Positions 1-8,878 of a stretch of DNA of 64,000 nucleotides are shown one piece after another. Location of the stretch: contig CAWIRB010000007.1 of NCBI GenBank assembly GCA_963838415.1, positions 16,621 to 80,620 of the forward strand, in the 5' to 3' direction. This stretch comes from an uncultured Acidobacteriaceae bacterium (GTDB lineage: Bacteria; Acidobacteriota; Terriglobia; Terriglobales; Acidobacteriaceae). How positions within the stretch are numbered: the first letter of the stretch is position 1; each line of letters starts with the position of its first letter. The position numbers and the translations under genes were made by a program. The notes under the pieces were generated by a model. The model searched no databases and was not told the origin of the DNA. It saw only the letters and a list, made by a program, of their open reading frames with translations.

Positions 1-2
1 AA

Positions 3-719
3 CTCCGCCACGGCAGCGGTGTTTATGTTCGCCAGCGCAAGCCCGAACTCGCTCCCTCCTCCCCGCTCCCGCTCGATCACTTGATTGCCCGGCTCTTTCA
101 GTCGGCGCGCGAACTCGGCGCTCCCCTCAGCACCGTCCGCTCTCGCCTGCGCCAATGGCTCGAACTCCAACCGCCCGACCACTTCCTCCTGATCGAGCCC
201 GACGAGGAACTGCGCCGGATTCTCGCAGATGAAATCGCACAAGCCGTGGATTTTCCAGTACGAAGCTGCAGTCTGCACGACTGCCCGCGGACTTCCGAAG
301 GAGCCATTCCAGTCGCGCTCCCCAATCGCATCGCCGCCGTTCGGCAAGCCCTTCCCGAAGATGTCGAAGCGATTACCTTGCAGGTGCGCTCCGTGCCCAC
401 CTCGCTCGCCGGTTGGCTGCCCGCTCCATCAGGCAAGCTCGTCGGAGTGGCCTCAAGCTGGCCGGATTTCCTGAAATTAGCGCGCACCATCCTGCACGCC
501 GCCGGATTCCACCCCGACGCGCTCCTGTTCCGCGACGCCCGAAAACCAAACTGGCAGCGCGGCCTGCAGCAGACCGCCGCCGTCGTCTGCGATTCGGTCA
601 CGGCAACCCGGCTTCCCCCAGGCTGCCGCGCCATTCCCTTCCCCTTCCTCTCCGAAGTTTCGATTGCCGAACTCCGGCGCTTCGTTGCCTTCATCACTCA
701 TCCCATCGAGTCATTGTGA
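3..719 (+). CDS. 5'-partial hypothetical protein, possibly the C-terminal part of a GntR-like regulator
   Basis: The frame of ORF 81-719 stays open back to the window edge. Upstream residues (..GSGVYVRQ) resemble the end of a GntR-type wHTH. No other motif was recognised. Confidence 0.35.
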   Translation, partial: LRHGSGVYVRQRKPELAPSSPLPLDHLIARLFQSARELGAPLSTVRSRLRQWLELQPPDHFLLIEPDEELRRILADEIAQAVDFPVRSCSLHDCPRTSEGAIPVALPNRIAAVRQALPEDVEAITLQVRSVPTSLAGWLPAPSGKLVGVASSWPDFLKLARTILHAAGFHPDALLFRDARKPNWQRGLQQTAAVVCDSVTATRLPPGCRAIPFPFLSEVSIAELRRFVAFITHPIESL

Positions 720-780
720 CACCTCAAGAAGTGTCTGAAGCCCACACTTTGCAACGCTCCGCCGCGGCTACCATCCGCTC

Positions 781-1368
781 ATGCCATACCCAACCGCCCT
801 CTCGCCCCTGTTCACGTTTTTTCTAGCGACCTCGATGGCCATCGCCCAGACGGGAGACTGGCAGGCAGTCCAGCATCTCCCCAGCGGAACCCGGCTCAAA
901 ATCAAACTGCAACGCGGCCGCACCTTTGGCCATTGCGCTTTCATGGGAGCAACCGACGATGTGCTCGACTGCGACTATCCGGGTCTGACTTACATCCAGG
1001 GTCATTACCGCCGCGACAACGTCAAAGCCGTCTATTTGACCCACAATGCCCGAGCCATCGGGCTCGGAATCGGCGCTGGAGCTGGCGCCATCCTCGGCGT
1101 AACCACCATCCACGCCCCCGCCGCCAACCGCGGATTCCTTACCCTGATCGACGTTGGCATCCTTGGCGGCACAGGCTATTTCTTCGGCATGATATTAGAT
1201 CCATTTCTGCACGGTCGGGCAGTTTATCTCAGCCCCAATCCAACCCCCAATGTCGCCCCGTCTCCCATGGCGAAACCACGCAACCCCAATCCCCCGGCCA
1301 ATAACCTGCCCTGTCTTCGCGACGGCGTGACGCGGCAGTGCATCGATCGATCATCAACCGATGAATAA
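781..1368 (+). CDS. hypothetical secreted/membrane protein
   Basis: Signal-like N-terminus (LFTFFLATSMAIAQ) and a Gly-rich hydrophobic segment (GLGIGAGAGAILGV). Confidence 0.4.
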   Translation: MPYPTALSPLFTFFLATSMAIAQTGDWQAVQHLPSGTRLKIKLQRGRTFGHCAFMGATDDVLDCDYPGLTYIQGHYRRDNVKAVYLTHNARAIGLGIGAGAGAILGVTTIHAPAANRGFLTLIDVGILGGTGYFFGMILDPFLHGRAVYLSPNPTPNVAPSPMAKPRNPNPPANNLPCLRDGVTRQCIDRSSTDE

Positions 1369-1489
1369 AAGATACGTTGCCGATGGAAAAATCGCTTAGT
1401 CGAACTTCGCGCCGCTTTCTTTCCGACGTTCTGATCCTTGAAAACCGAAGCTGACGGCCCCTCCCCGCCTCTGCTACTCTTCCCTCACC

Positions 1490-2176
1490 GTGCCTCCCAA
1501 TCTCGCCGAAATATTTCACCAAGCCTATCGCGAACTCCGTCCGCGCACCCCTGCGCCAGCGATGCATACTCGCTTTTATCCCTTTGTCTCCATCAACAAC
1601 ACCATCCGCCTCCGCCAGGGAGAGCTCTACATTCGCCTCTCCGACCTGCTCGAAGGCGCGCCCGATTCCGTGCTGCACTCGATCGCCCACATCCTGCTCG
1701 CCAAGCTCTATCGCAAGCCCGTCGAGCGCGCTCATAGCACTCGCTATCGCCGCTATATTGCCGGCCACGATCTTGCCGCTAAAGCGCGTCTCGTCCGCCA
1801 GGTGCGCGGCCGCAAGCTGATCCGCTCCGCTCGCGGCCACCACTACCATCTCGAGGAAATCTTCGACGACCTCAACCGCCGCTTTTTTCACGGACTCCTC
1901 GGTCGCCCCCAACTCACCTGGAGCCACACCCACGCCCGCAGCAGCCTCGGCCACTACGATCCCGCCCACAACGCCATCGTCATCAGCCGCGTCTTCGACC
2001 ACCCTCGCGTCCCCCGCTACGCCGTCGAATACATCGTGTATCACGAGATGCTGCACTTGAAGCATCCCGTCAAACTTCGAGGCAGCCGGAGATGCGTGCA
2101 TTCCAGGGAATTTGTGGCGGAGGAGAATCTCTTCCCTGAACTAGCCCAGGCAAAGAAGTTCCTGCGGATACTCTGA
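1490..2176 (+). CDS. putative zinc metallopeptidase-like protein (HExxH; DUF45/SprT-like layout)
   Basis: C-terminal YHEMLHLKHP...HSREF...P motif arrangement. The antisense ORF 1229-2101 is a shadow. Confidence 0.5.
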   Translation: MPPNLAEIFHQAYRELRPRTPAPAMHTRFYPFVSINNTIRLRQGELYIRLSDLLEGAPDSVLHSIAHILLAKLYRKPVERAHSTRYRRYIAGHDLAAKARLVRQVRGRKLIRSARGHHYHLEEIFDDLNRRFFHGLLGRPQLTWSHTHARSSLGHYDPAHNAIVISRVFDHPRVPRYAVEYIVYHEMLHLKHPVKLRGSRRCVHSREFVAEENLFPELAQAKKFLRIL

Positions 2177-2445
2177 GTGCAATGCGATCATGCGCCGATA
2201 CTTGGGGAACAGGGTAGCCAACCAGAACTCATTAGCTGTCCACTTACAAGAAATATGGGGTTCCAACAGGCCCACGTGCTCCCGCTACCATGGCCCTTAC
2301 GATTCGAAAGCAGGGACGGTCGTGACAATGGGTTTGATGTGTTGCCCTGCGGAAATACCATTCAATGCTCCCTTTCCCCGTGTGATGTAAATCACAGCAA
2401 TCCGTGATTCACTGCGTTGACCGCCCCCCACTCCAAACCGTATCC

Positions 2446-2479
2446 TATTGATATTGAAATTGAATTTCATTTTCAATTA
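2446..2479. promoter_or_regulatory. Fur-family-like operator (hexamer array containing a perfect 7-1-7 dyad TGAAATTgAATTTCA at 2455-2469)
   Basis: AT-rich island ATTGATATTGAAATTGAATTTCATTTTCAATTAG lies 21-54 nt upstream of the Ftr1 start codon. It matches 5/7 per half-site to the Fur 7-1-7 consensus TGATAATnATTATCA. Confidence 0.45.
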
Positions 2480-2499
2480 GAAAGCGGTGCCTTTTCCCA

Positions 2500-3750
2500 A
2501 TGCTCCAGGCATTCATCATTACCCTTCGCGAAGGCGTCGAAGCGGCTCTCATCGTCGGTATTACCCTCGCCTATCTCGCCAAAATCGGCCGCAACGATCT
2601 CCGCAAATCGGTCTACGCCGCGCTGGCCGCCGCTTTTGCCGGATCGATTGGCGTCGCCGTCATCGTCTCCCGCTTTAAGCTCAATGAAGACATCTTCGAA
2701 GGCTGGGTCATGCTCATCGCCGCCGTCTTCGTCATCACCATGATCGTCTTCATGATGAAGACCGGCCGCAAGCTCAAGGGCCAGATCGAAAGCAAGGTCG
2801 GTTTGTTTGCCCGCGGCGACGCCTGGATCGGCCTCTTCCTCTTTATCTTCCTCATGGTCATGCGCGAAGGCGTCGAGACGGTTCTCATCCTCTCCGCTGT
2901 GACCTTGAACTCCAGCGAACTGATGAGCTTTATCGGCACCCTCTCCGGCGTGGTCGTCGCCGTCCTCTTCGGCGTCATGTTCGTTAAGGGCAGCGTCAAG
3001 ATCAATCTCCAGAAATTCTTCAAAGTCACCACCGCGATTCTCTTCCTCGTTGCCGGACAGCTCATCATCTCCGGCCTGCACGAACTCTCCGAGAATGGCG
3101 TGCTTCCCTCTTCTCGTCAGGAGATGGCCATCATCGGTCCTATCGTGCGCAACGATTTCTTTTTCTTCGTCACCATCCTCGTTCTGGCCGCGCTCATGGT
3201 GCTGTTTGAAATGAAGAGCCGGCAACCGGTCGAACTTCCTCCCGCCGGCGCTGCCCGACGGAAAGCCCTCTGGACCGCCCGCCGCGAGCGTCTCTGGATG
3301 GCCTCGGTTTACGTCTGCTCGTTCATCTTTATCGTGATGGTCACCGCCGGCTTCATTTACGAGAAGAGCGCCAGCGCGCTTTCGCCCGCTACTGAAGTGA
3401 CTTTCGTTGACGGTAAGATTTCCATTCCCCTGAAGCAGGTTTACGATGGCGAACTCCATCGCTTCGAGGCCAAGGAAGGCGGTGTCGAAGTCCGCTTCTG
3501 GCTCTATCAAAAGCCCGACGGAAAAATCGCCACCCTCTTTGACGCCTGCGAAATCTGCGGCGCGGTCGGATTTTATAAAGGAGCGCAGGGAGTGATCTGT
3601 AAGAATTGCGCCGCTCCCATCAATCCGCAGTCGGTCGGCATGCCCGGCGGCTGCAATCCGATCCCGCTGAAAGCCCAGGTCACCGACGATGCGGTCATTG
3701 TCTCGGAAACCGACGTTGCGGCTGGGCGGCGCTATTTCGAGCAGAAATAA
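2500..3750 (+). CDS. Ftr1/EfeU-family iron permease fused to a C-terminal Cys-rich DUF2318-like module
   Basis: Two REGxE motifs (REGVEAAL, REGVETVL) and multiple TM segments. The C-terminus reads DACEICG..CKNCAAPINP..GGCNPIPL. Confidence 0.8.
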   Translation: MLQAFIITLREGVEAALIVGITLAYLAKIGRNDLRKSVYAALAAAFAGSIGVAVIVSRFKLNEDIFEGWVMLIAAVFVITMIVFMMKTGRKLKGQIESKVGLFARGDAWIGLFLFIFLMVMREGVETVLILSAVTLNSSELMSFIGTLSGVVVAVLFGVMFVKGSVKINLQKFFKVTTAILFLVAGQLIISGLHELSENGVLPSSRQEMAIIGPIVRNDFFFFVTILVLAALMVLFEMKSRQPVELPPAGAARRKALWTARRERLWMASVYVCSFIFIVMVTAGFIYEKSASALSPATEVTFVDGKISIPLKQVYDGELHRFEAKEGGVEVRFWLYQKPDGKIATLFDACEICGAVGFYKGAQGVICKNCAAPINPQSVGMPGGCNPIPLKAQVTDDAVIVSETDVAAGRRYFEQK

Positions 3751-3754
3751 ATAA

Positions 3755-5074
3755 ATGTTTCCTCGCATCGTCTACGAATCGTTCCGCCGCCAGGCCCGCC
3801 GCAAGTTGCTCGCGGGCATCGCCATTACGCTCGGCGTAGCCGTTGCCACCGCCATGATCGCCGTCGCCACCGACATCGGCGACAAGATCAATCGCGAACT
3901 GCGCAGCTACGGCGCTAATCTGGTCGTCACTCCGCAGGAAGACACACTCGACGTGGAAGTCGGCGGCCTCAACTTGAAACCTCCCAGCGACGGCGCATTC
4001 CTCAACGAAGCCGACCTGCCGAAAATCCGTGGCACCTTCTGGCACCACAACATCGTCGGCTTCTCCCCCATGCTGCCCGTTACCGTAAAACTCGGCGCCG
4101 GCAGCGATGCCAAGGACGTCACGCTCCTCGGCACCTACTTCGATAAAGCCCTCCGCTTCGGAAAAGAAGACTTCACCACCGGCGTACGAATCACCCACCC
4201 CTGGTGGAAAGTCTCGTGTTCGGACGGGCGTCTCGCCCCTCCAAGCCGAGTCGAAGACCCGGCAGCCGCATGCAGTTGGCCAAATGATGACTCGCAAAAT
4301 GTCTTGATCGGCGAGCGTCTGGCCGCCAAGCTGTCCAAGCACTCAGGCGACAACCTCGAAATCAACGGCCGCCAACTCACCATCTCCGGCATTCTCTCCA
4401 CCGGCGGCGTCGAAGACGACCAGATCGTCGCGCCGCTCGCCCTGGCCCAGCAGGTTCTCGGCAAACCCGGAGCCGTCCGCCGCGTCTATGTCAGCGCTCT
4501 CACCAAGCCCCCGGATGCCCTCTCCGTCCGCGATCCCAAGTCCATGACTCCCGAGGTTTACGACCGCTGGTACTGTTCGCCCTACGTCGAGTCGATTGCC
4601 TACCAGTTGCAGGAGGCCATTCCACATTCGCACGCCGAACAGATCCGCCAGGTCGCGCAAAACGAAGGCACCGTGCTCTCGCGCATCAAAGGACTCATGC
4701 TGCTGATCACGTTCGCCGCGCTCCTGGCTTCCGCATTGGCCGTTTCCGCCGCCATGGCTACGGCTATCTATGAACGCCGCGTCGAAGTCGGCCTGATGAA
4801 AGCTCTCGGCGCCGGCGACCTCGTCGTCTCGGCGATTTTCTTTGCCGAAGCGCTGCTGCTCGCCCTGGTCGGTGGCCTCGCCGGATTTTCTGCTGGAGCT
4901 CTCCTCGCCCGCCAGATCGGCCGTTCCATTTTCAACTCGCGGATTTCCATCGAGCCCGTGCTCTTTCCCATCATCCTCGGCATCGCCGTCTTCGTGACCT
5001 TCGCCGGAAGCGCCGCCGCCATTCGCCGCGCCGTGAAGTTCGATCCCGTCTTTGCCCTGCGGGGAGAAGGATAA
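3755..5074 (+). CDS. ABC transporter permease, FtsX/MacB type
   Basis: N-terminal TM, a large periplasmic domain, and a C-terminal FtsX 3-TM block (MKALGAG...). Starts 4 nt after the upstream stop. Confidence 0.8.
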   Translation: MFPRIVYESFRRQARRKLLAGIAITLGVAVATAMIAVATDIGDKINRELRSYGANLVVTPQEDTLDVEVGGLNLKPPSDGAFLNEADLPKIRGTFWHHNIVGFSPMLPVTVKLGAGSDAKDVTLLGTYFDKALRFGKEDFTTGVRITHPWWKVSCSDGRLAPPSRVEDPAAACSWPNDDSQNVLIGERLAAKLSKHSGDNLEINGRQLTISGILSTGGVEDDQIVAPLALAQQVLGKPGAVRRVYVSALTKPPDALSVRDPKSMTPEVYDRWYCSPYVESIAYQLQEAIPHSHAEQIRQVAQNEGTVLSRIKGLMLLITFAALLASALAVSAAMATAIYERRVEVGLMKALGAGDLVVSAIFFAEALLLALVGGLAGFSAGALLARQIGRSIFNSRISIEPVLFPIILGIAVFVTFAGSAAAIRRAVKFDPVFALRGEG

Positions 5075-5097
5075 GGATTTAAGGATAACGATTAAAG

Positions 5098-6279
5098 ATG
5101 ACGACGAGCACCACTCCCGGCACGCTCCTCACTCCGCTGCAGGTCGCCAATCGCCGTGCCCATGCGCCCCATACTTCCATGTTCATGCGCATGCTTCTTC
5201 GTGCGGCCGTGCTTCGTCGCAGGCGCGCCGCCTCTGCCCTGCTCGCCATGATCGTTGCCGCCGCCGTCGCCACCGCCATGATGAATCTCTACGTCGACGT
5301 GCAAGCCAAGCTCCGCACCGAGTTCCGAAATTATGGCGCCAACCTGGTCGTCGTCGCCAAAGAAGGACAGGCCTTGCCCGCCGACGCGCTGTCCACAGTC
5401 GAATCCGTTCTCGGCGCGAAAACCCTGGCCGTTCCTTTTTCCTACGCCGTCGCTCGCACGAATGACGGACAATCGGTGGTCGTCGTCGGCACGGACTTCG
5501 CTCGCGCCCACCAGTTGAACCACTGGTGGAAGGTCAGCCGTTGGCCCGATGCCCCCAACCAGGCGTTGATCGGCATGCGCGCCGCCGCCGTGGTTGGCCC
5601 CGGAGCAAGCCCCAGTCGCCAGCCTTTTGCACTCACATTCCAGGGCAAGGCGATTCAACTCGTCCCCGCCGGCATGCTCCAGACTGGCGCCGGCGAAGAT
5701 AGCCGTATCTATCTCGATCAATCTGAATTCCAGAACTGGACCGGCGTCGCGCCCTCCACCATAGAAGTCGCTGCCAACGGAACCGCCGCCGATGTCGACG
5801 CATCAATCCGTAAACTCACCCAACTCCTGCCCAATGCCGATATTCGCCCCGTCCGCCAGATCATGGAAGGCGAAGCCAACGTGCTCAATAAAACGCGCGC
5901 CACGCTTTACGCCTCCGCCACCCTCGTCGTGCTCACCTCCGCGCTCTGCGTGCTCGCCACGCTCATCGGATGGGTCTTCGACCGCCGTCGCGACTTCGCC
6001 ATCATGAAAGCGCTGGGCGCGTCCGAACATCTGGTCAACGGATTCTTCGCCGCCGAGGCCGCGGCTTTGGGCGTAGTCGGCGCGATCCTCGGCTTCTTCA
6101 TTGGCATCGCCGTCGCCGTCTGGATTGGACGCGTTAACTTTCACGCGCCTGTCGTGCCGCGTTTCAGCGTCTTTCCCTACATTCTCGCGGGCAGTGTTGC
6201 CGTGGCCCTGCTCTCGGCTGTCCTGCCGATTGTCCTCCTCCGCCGCGTGCAACCGGCTATCATTCTGAGGGGAGAATAG
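5098..6279 (+). CDS. ABC transporter permease, FtsX/MacB type (paralogue)
   Basis: Same architecture (..FRNYGANLVVV.., ..IMKALGAS..). The start could be an internal Met a few codons downstream. Confidence 0.75.
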   Translation: MTTSTTPGTLLTPLQVANRRAHAPHTSMFMRMLLRAAVLRRRRAASALLAMIVAAAVATAMMNLYVDVQAKLRTEFRNYGANLVVVAKEGQALPADALSTVESVLGAKTLAVPFSYAVARTNDGQSVVVVGTDFARAHQLNHWWKVSRWPDAPNQALIGMRAAAVVGPGASPSRQPFALTFQGKAIQLVPAGMLQTGAGEDSRIYLDQSEFQNWTGVAPSTIEVAANGTAADVDASIRKLTQLLPNADIRPVRQIMEGEANVLNKTRATLYASATLVVLTSALCVLATLIGWVFDRRRDFAIMKALGASEHLVNGFFAAEAAALGVVGAILGFFIGIAVAVWIGRVNFHAPVVPRFSVFPYILAGSVAVALLSAVLPIVLLRRVQPAIILRGE

Positions 6280-6287
6280 CGCGTGTC

Positions 6288-6697
6288 TCAACCCTATCGC
6301 TTCGGCTCAGTCCTATCGCTCCGGCTCCGGCTCAGTCCTATCACTCCGGCTCAGTCATATCGCTCCGGCTCGGCCCTATCGCTCCGGCTCAGCCCTATCG
6401 CTCCGGCTCAGTCCTATCGCTCCGGCTCAGCCCTATCGCTCCGGCTCAGCCCCATCACTCCGGCTCAGCCCTATCGCTCCGGCTCAGCCCTATCGCTCCG
6501 GCTCGGCCCTATCGCTCCGGCTCAGCCCTATCGCTCCGGCTCAGCCCTATCGCTCCGGCTCAGTCCTATCACTCCGGCTCAGCCCCATCGCTCCGGCTCA
6601 GTCCTATCACTCCGGCTCAGCCCCATCGCTCCGGCTCAGTCATATCGCTCCGGCTCGGCCCTATCGCTCCGGCTCCGGCTCAGTCCTATCGCTTCGT
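6288..6697 (+). repeat. tandem array, about 21 copies of a 19-bp unit (consensus CTCAGCCCTATCGCTCCGG)
   Basis: Read directly. Units differ by point variants, and two extra CTCCGG hexamers sit near each end. The array fills the gap between the second permease and the ATPase. Confidence 0.95.
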
Positions 6698-6788
6698 ATC
6701 AGGGTATCGCTTTAGCGATACCGAAACTCGTCGAAGCCAGACGCGCCTTTAGGCGCTGCCCGGCAACACTACAAGAGGTAACATCGGT

Positions 6789-8021
6789 ATGATCCAACTC
6801 AAGAACGTCACCAAGAGTTATCCCGCCAGAGCTGAAGAAAACAATGGCGGACACTCTCTCATCAACGCCCTCGACGACATCTCTCTCTCCATCGCTTCCG
6901 GCGAGTGGGTCGCCATGATGGGCCCCTCCGGCTCCGGCAAGAGCACCATGGTCAATCTCATCGGATGCCTCGACCGCCCCACCACCGGCGAGATCTGGCT
7001 TGACGGACAGAACGTAGCCAGCCTCAGCGCCTCCGACCTCAACCACGTCCGCGCCGAAACTATCGGCTTCGTCTTTCAGCAGTTCCACATGATCCCGTAT
7101 CTCACCGCCGTCGAAAACGTCATGCTTGCGCAATACTTCCACAGCATGACCGACGAAAAGGAAGCCCTGGAAGCTCTCGACCGCGTCGGCCTCAAAGACC
7201 GCGCCGGCCACCTGCCCTCGCAGCTTTCCGGTGGCGAGCAACAGCGTGTTTGCATCGCCCGAGCCCTCATTAACGATCCGAAAATCGTCCTCGCCGACGA
7301 ACCCACCGGCAACCTCGACGCCGTCAATGAAGAAATCGTTCTGCGCCTCCTCCGCGAACTTCACCAGCAGGGCCGCACCATCGTCATGGTGACCCACGAT
7401 CCCGTGGTCGCGCGTCTGGCCGACCGCCGCATCGAACTCCACCATGGAAAAATCGCCGCCCAGGAAGTCTTCGCCATGGCCGACGATGAGCAGTTCGACG
7501 AAGTGCTGGAAGAACTGTTTGCCTTGGAAGAGCACGGCCAAATCGCTGAGATCGGACGCATGGAAGTGCACGGCGCTCTGCCCGTTTCCATCGCCGTCGA
7601 AAAAATGGCGGCTATGGGATTGGTAACCACCCGCCCCCACCCCCCCGAAGGCCACGATCACAAGCCCTTCGTGAATCCCTGCCACGACGCACTGAAGCCG
7701 GCCGGCTTTTCGACGGGTGACGGCTCTGCCATCGTCGAACTCACCGCGCGTGGACACCAGCGCGCCGCCGACATCATCCGCCGCCACCGCCTCGCCGAAC
7801 GTCTCTTCACCGATTCGCTCGCCATGGACAGCGAAACCGAAATCGAGCAGCAGGCCTGCAAGTTCGAGCACATCCTCTCACCCGAAGCCACCGACAAAAT
7901 CTGCACCTTCCTCAACCACCCGCGCACCTGCCCTCACGGCGCCCCGATTCCGCCCGGCCCCTGCTGCGGACGTGGCGCCGAACCGAGGCAGACCGCTGGT
8001 GCCTTGTCCCGTCAACATTAG
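6789..8021 (+). CDS. ABC ATPase (MacB/LolD-like) fused to a C-terminal DtxR/MntR-like metalloregulator module
   Basis: Walker [10 protein letters not shown], signature LSGGEQQR and Walker B ILADEPT in aa 1-225. aa ~230-410 contain [10 protein letters not shown]...ACKFEH...CPHGAPIP, typical of iron-dependent repressors. Confidence 0.85.
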   Translation: MIQLKNVTKSYPARAEENNGGHSLINALDDISLSIASGEWVAMMGPSGSGKSTMVNLIGCLDRPTTGEIWLDGQNVASLSASDLNHVRAETIGFVFQQFHMIPYLTAVENVMLAQYFHSMTDEKEALEALDRVGLKDRAGHLPSQLSGGEQQRVCIARALINDPKIVLADEPTGNLDAVNEEIVLRLLRELHQQGRTIVMVTHDPVVARLADRRIELHHGKIAAQEVFAMADDEQFDEVLEELFALEEHGQIAEIGRMEVHGALPVSIAVEKMAAMGLVTTRPHPPEGHDHKPFVNPCHDALKPAGFSTGDGSAIVELTARGHQRAADIIRRHRLAERLFTDSLAMDSETEIEQQACKFEHILSPEATDKICTFLNHPRTCPHGAPIPPGPCCGRGAEPRQTAGALSRQH

Positions 8022-8159
8022 TTTTGCATTGTTATCAGTTTTGAATTCTCATCCTGAGCGAAGCGAAGGACCTGTGCTCTTGTCCGAACCGCGTACCGCA
8101 GCCTTCAGGCGGGAAATAGCCCCGCTTCCACACGGCATTAACCACCAAGATTCTGTTTG

Positions 8160-8759
8160 CTACTTCTTCCCAAAGAACTTCCCCAACCCCAAGCGAACCT
8201 GCACCGTATTCAGTCCCGGATTCGGCACCGTCAACCCGGCATTCGAGATGTGCATATACCGGACATCCACCGACCACGTATGTTCACGGAAGAAATACAT
8301 TCCAAAAGCCGCGCCCGTCGTAAAGTTAATCGTCGACGTTCCCGCCGGAACTTCATGCGTTGTAAACAGCGTACCGCCATTTAATTCGAGATACGGAGCA
8401 ACATGTCCGTGCGTGGCGAAAATCCATTTGAAGCCTACCGGATTTACTCCCCCGCCGTAAGCCGTATTGGAGCGCTGGAACACCACAAATGCCGGCACCG
8501 CATCGACCGCAAGCTCGAAACGTCCGCTAAGAAAGCCCGGCAAGTGCGGCTGCGTCAAAATCCATCCATAGCGCACTCCCGCGTTCCAGACGCTGGTATC
8601 CTTGGTTCCACCGGGAACGGAATAGCCGCCCCCCGTCCAAACCTCGACTTCGTGGCCGCCCTCCTCCGGGCGGTCCTGGGCCAGCGTCAACCGCGTTGTG
8701 AGGAGCAACGTAAGAAGCAAGAAAACAACGGAGGCCAGACCTCGAAGGGATCGCGTCAT
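8160..8759 (-). CDS. outer-membrane acyloxyacyl hydrolase / PagL-like lipid A deacylase family protein
   Basis: Signal peptide, beta-barrel-like alternating pattern, C-terminal ..DVRYMHISNAG.. motif. Start chosen at the internal Met (MTRSLRGLAS). Confidence 0.55.
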   Translation of the reverse strand: MTRSLRGLASVVFLLLTLLLTTRLTLAQDRPEEGGHEVEVWTGGGYSVPGGTKDTSVWNAGVRYGWILTQPHLPGFLSGRFELAVDAVPAFVVFQRSNTAYGGGVNPVGFKWIFATHGHVAPYLELNGGTLFTTHEVPAGTSTINFTTGAAFGMYFFREHTWSVDVRYMHISNAGLTVPNPGLNTVQVRLGLGKFFGKK

Positions 8760-8878
8760 AAGTATGATCAGGGTCGAAACAGAACGATACCCGAACCCAA
8801 ACCAGGAAACAAATCCTTCGGTCCGCGGCACAACTCCTTGGCTCACCTCAGCACGGTGCTTGCCCCGCAACCCGCGTT

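Noticed and set aside
6288-6697. Possible CRISPR array
   Set aside because: The repeats are directly abutting with no unique spacers, the unit is only 19 bp, and there are no cas genes in the window.
6283-6792. 169-aa ORF with a 19-aa repeat (SPIAPAQSYRSGSALSLRL)
   Set aside because: The periodicity arises from a 19-bp DNA unit (3 x 19 nt = 19 aa). The unit contains no stop triplets on this strand, so open frames are automatic. It is treated as a non-coding array, but its start and stop juxtaposition with the flanking genes is recorded as a finding.
8045-8078. CTCATCCTGAGCGAAGCGAAGGACCTG segment after the ATPase gene, which I vaguely recall as a dispersed motif in soil-bacterial genomes
   Set aside because: There is only one copy in this window and the recollection cannot be verified without a search, so it is not reported as a feature.
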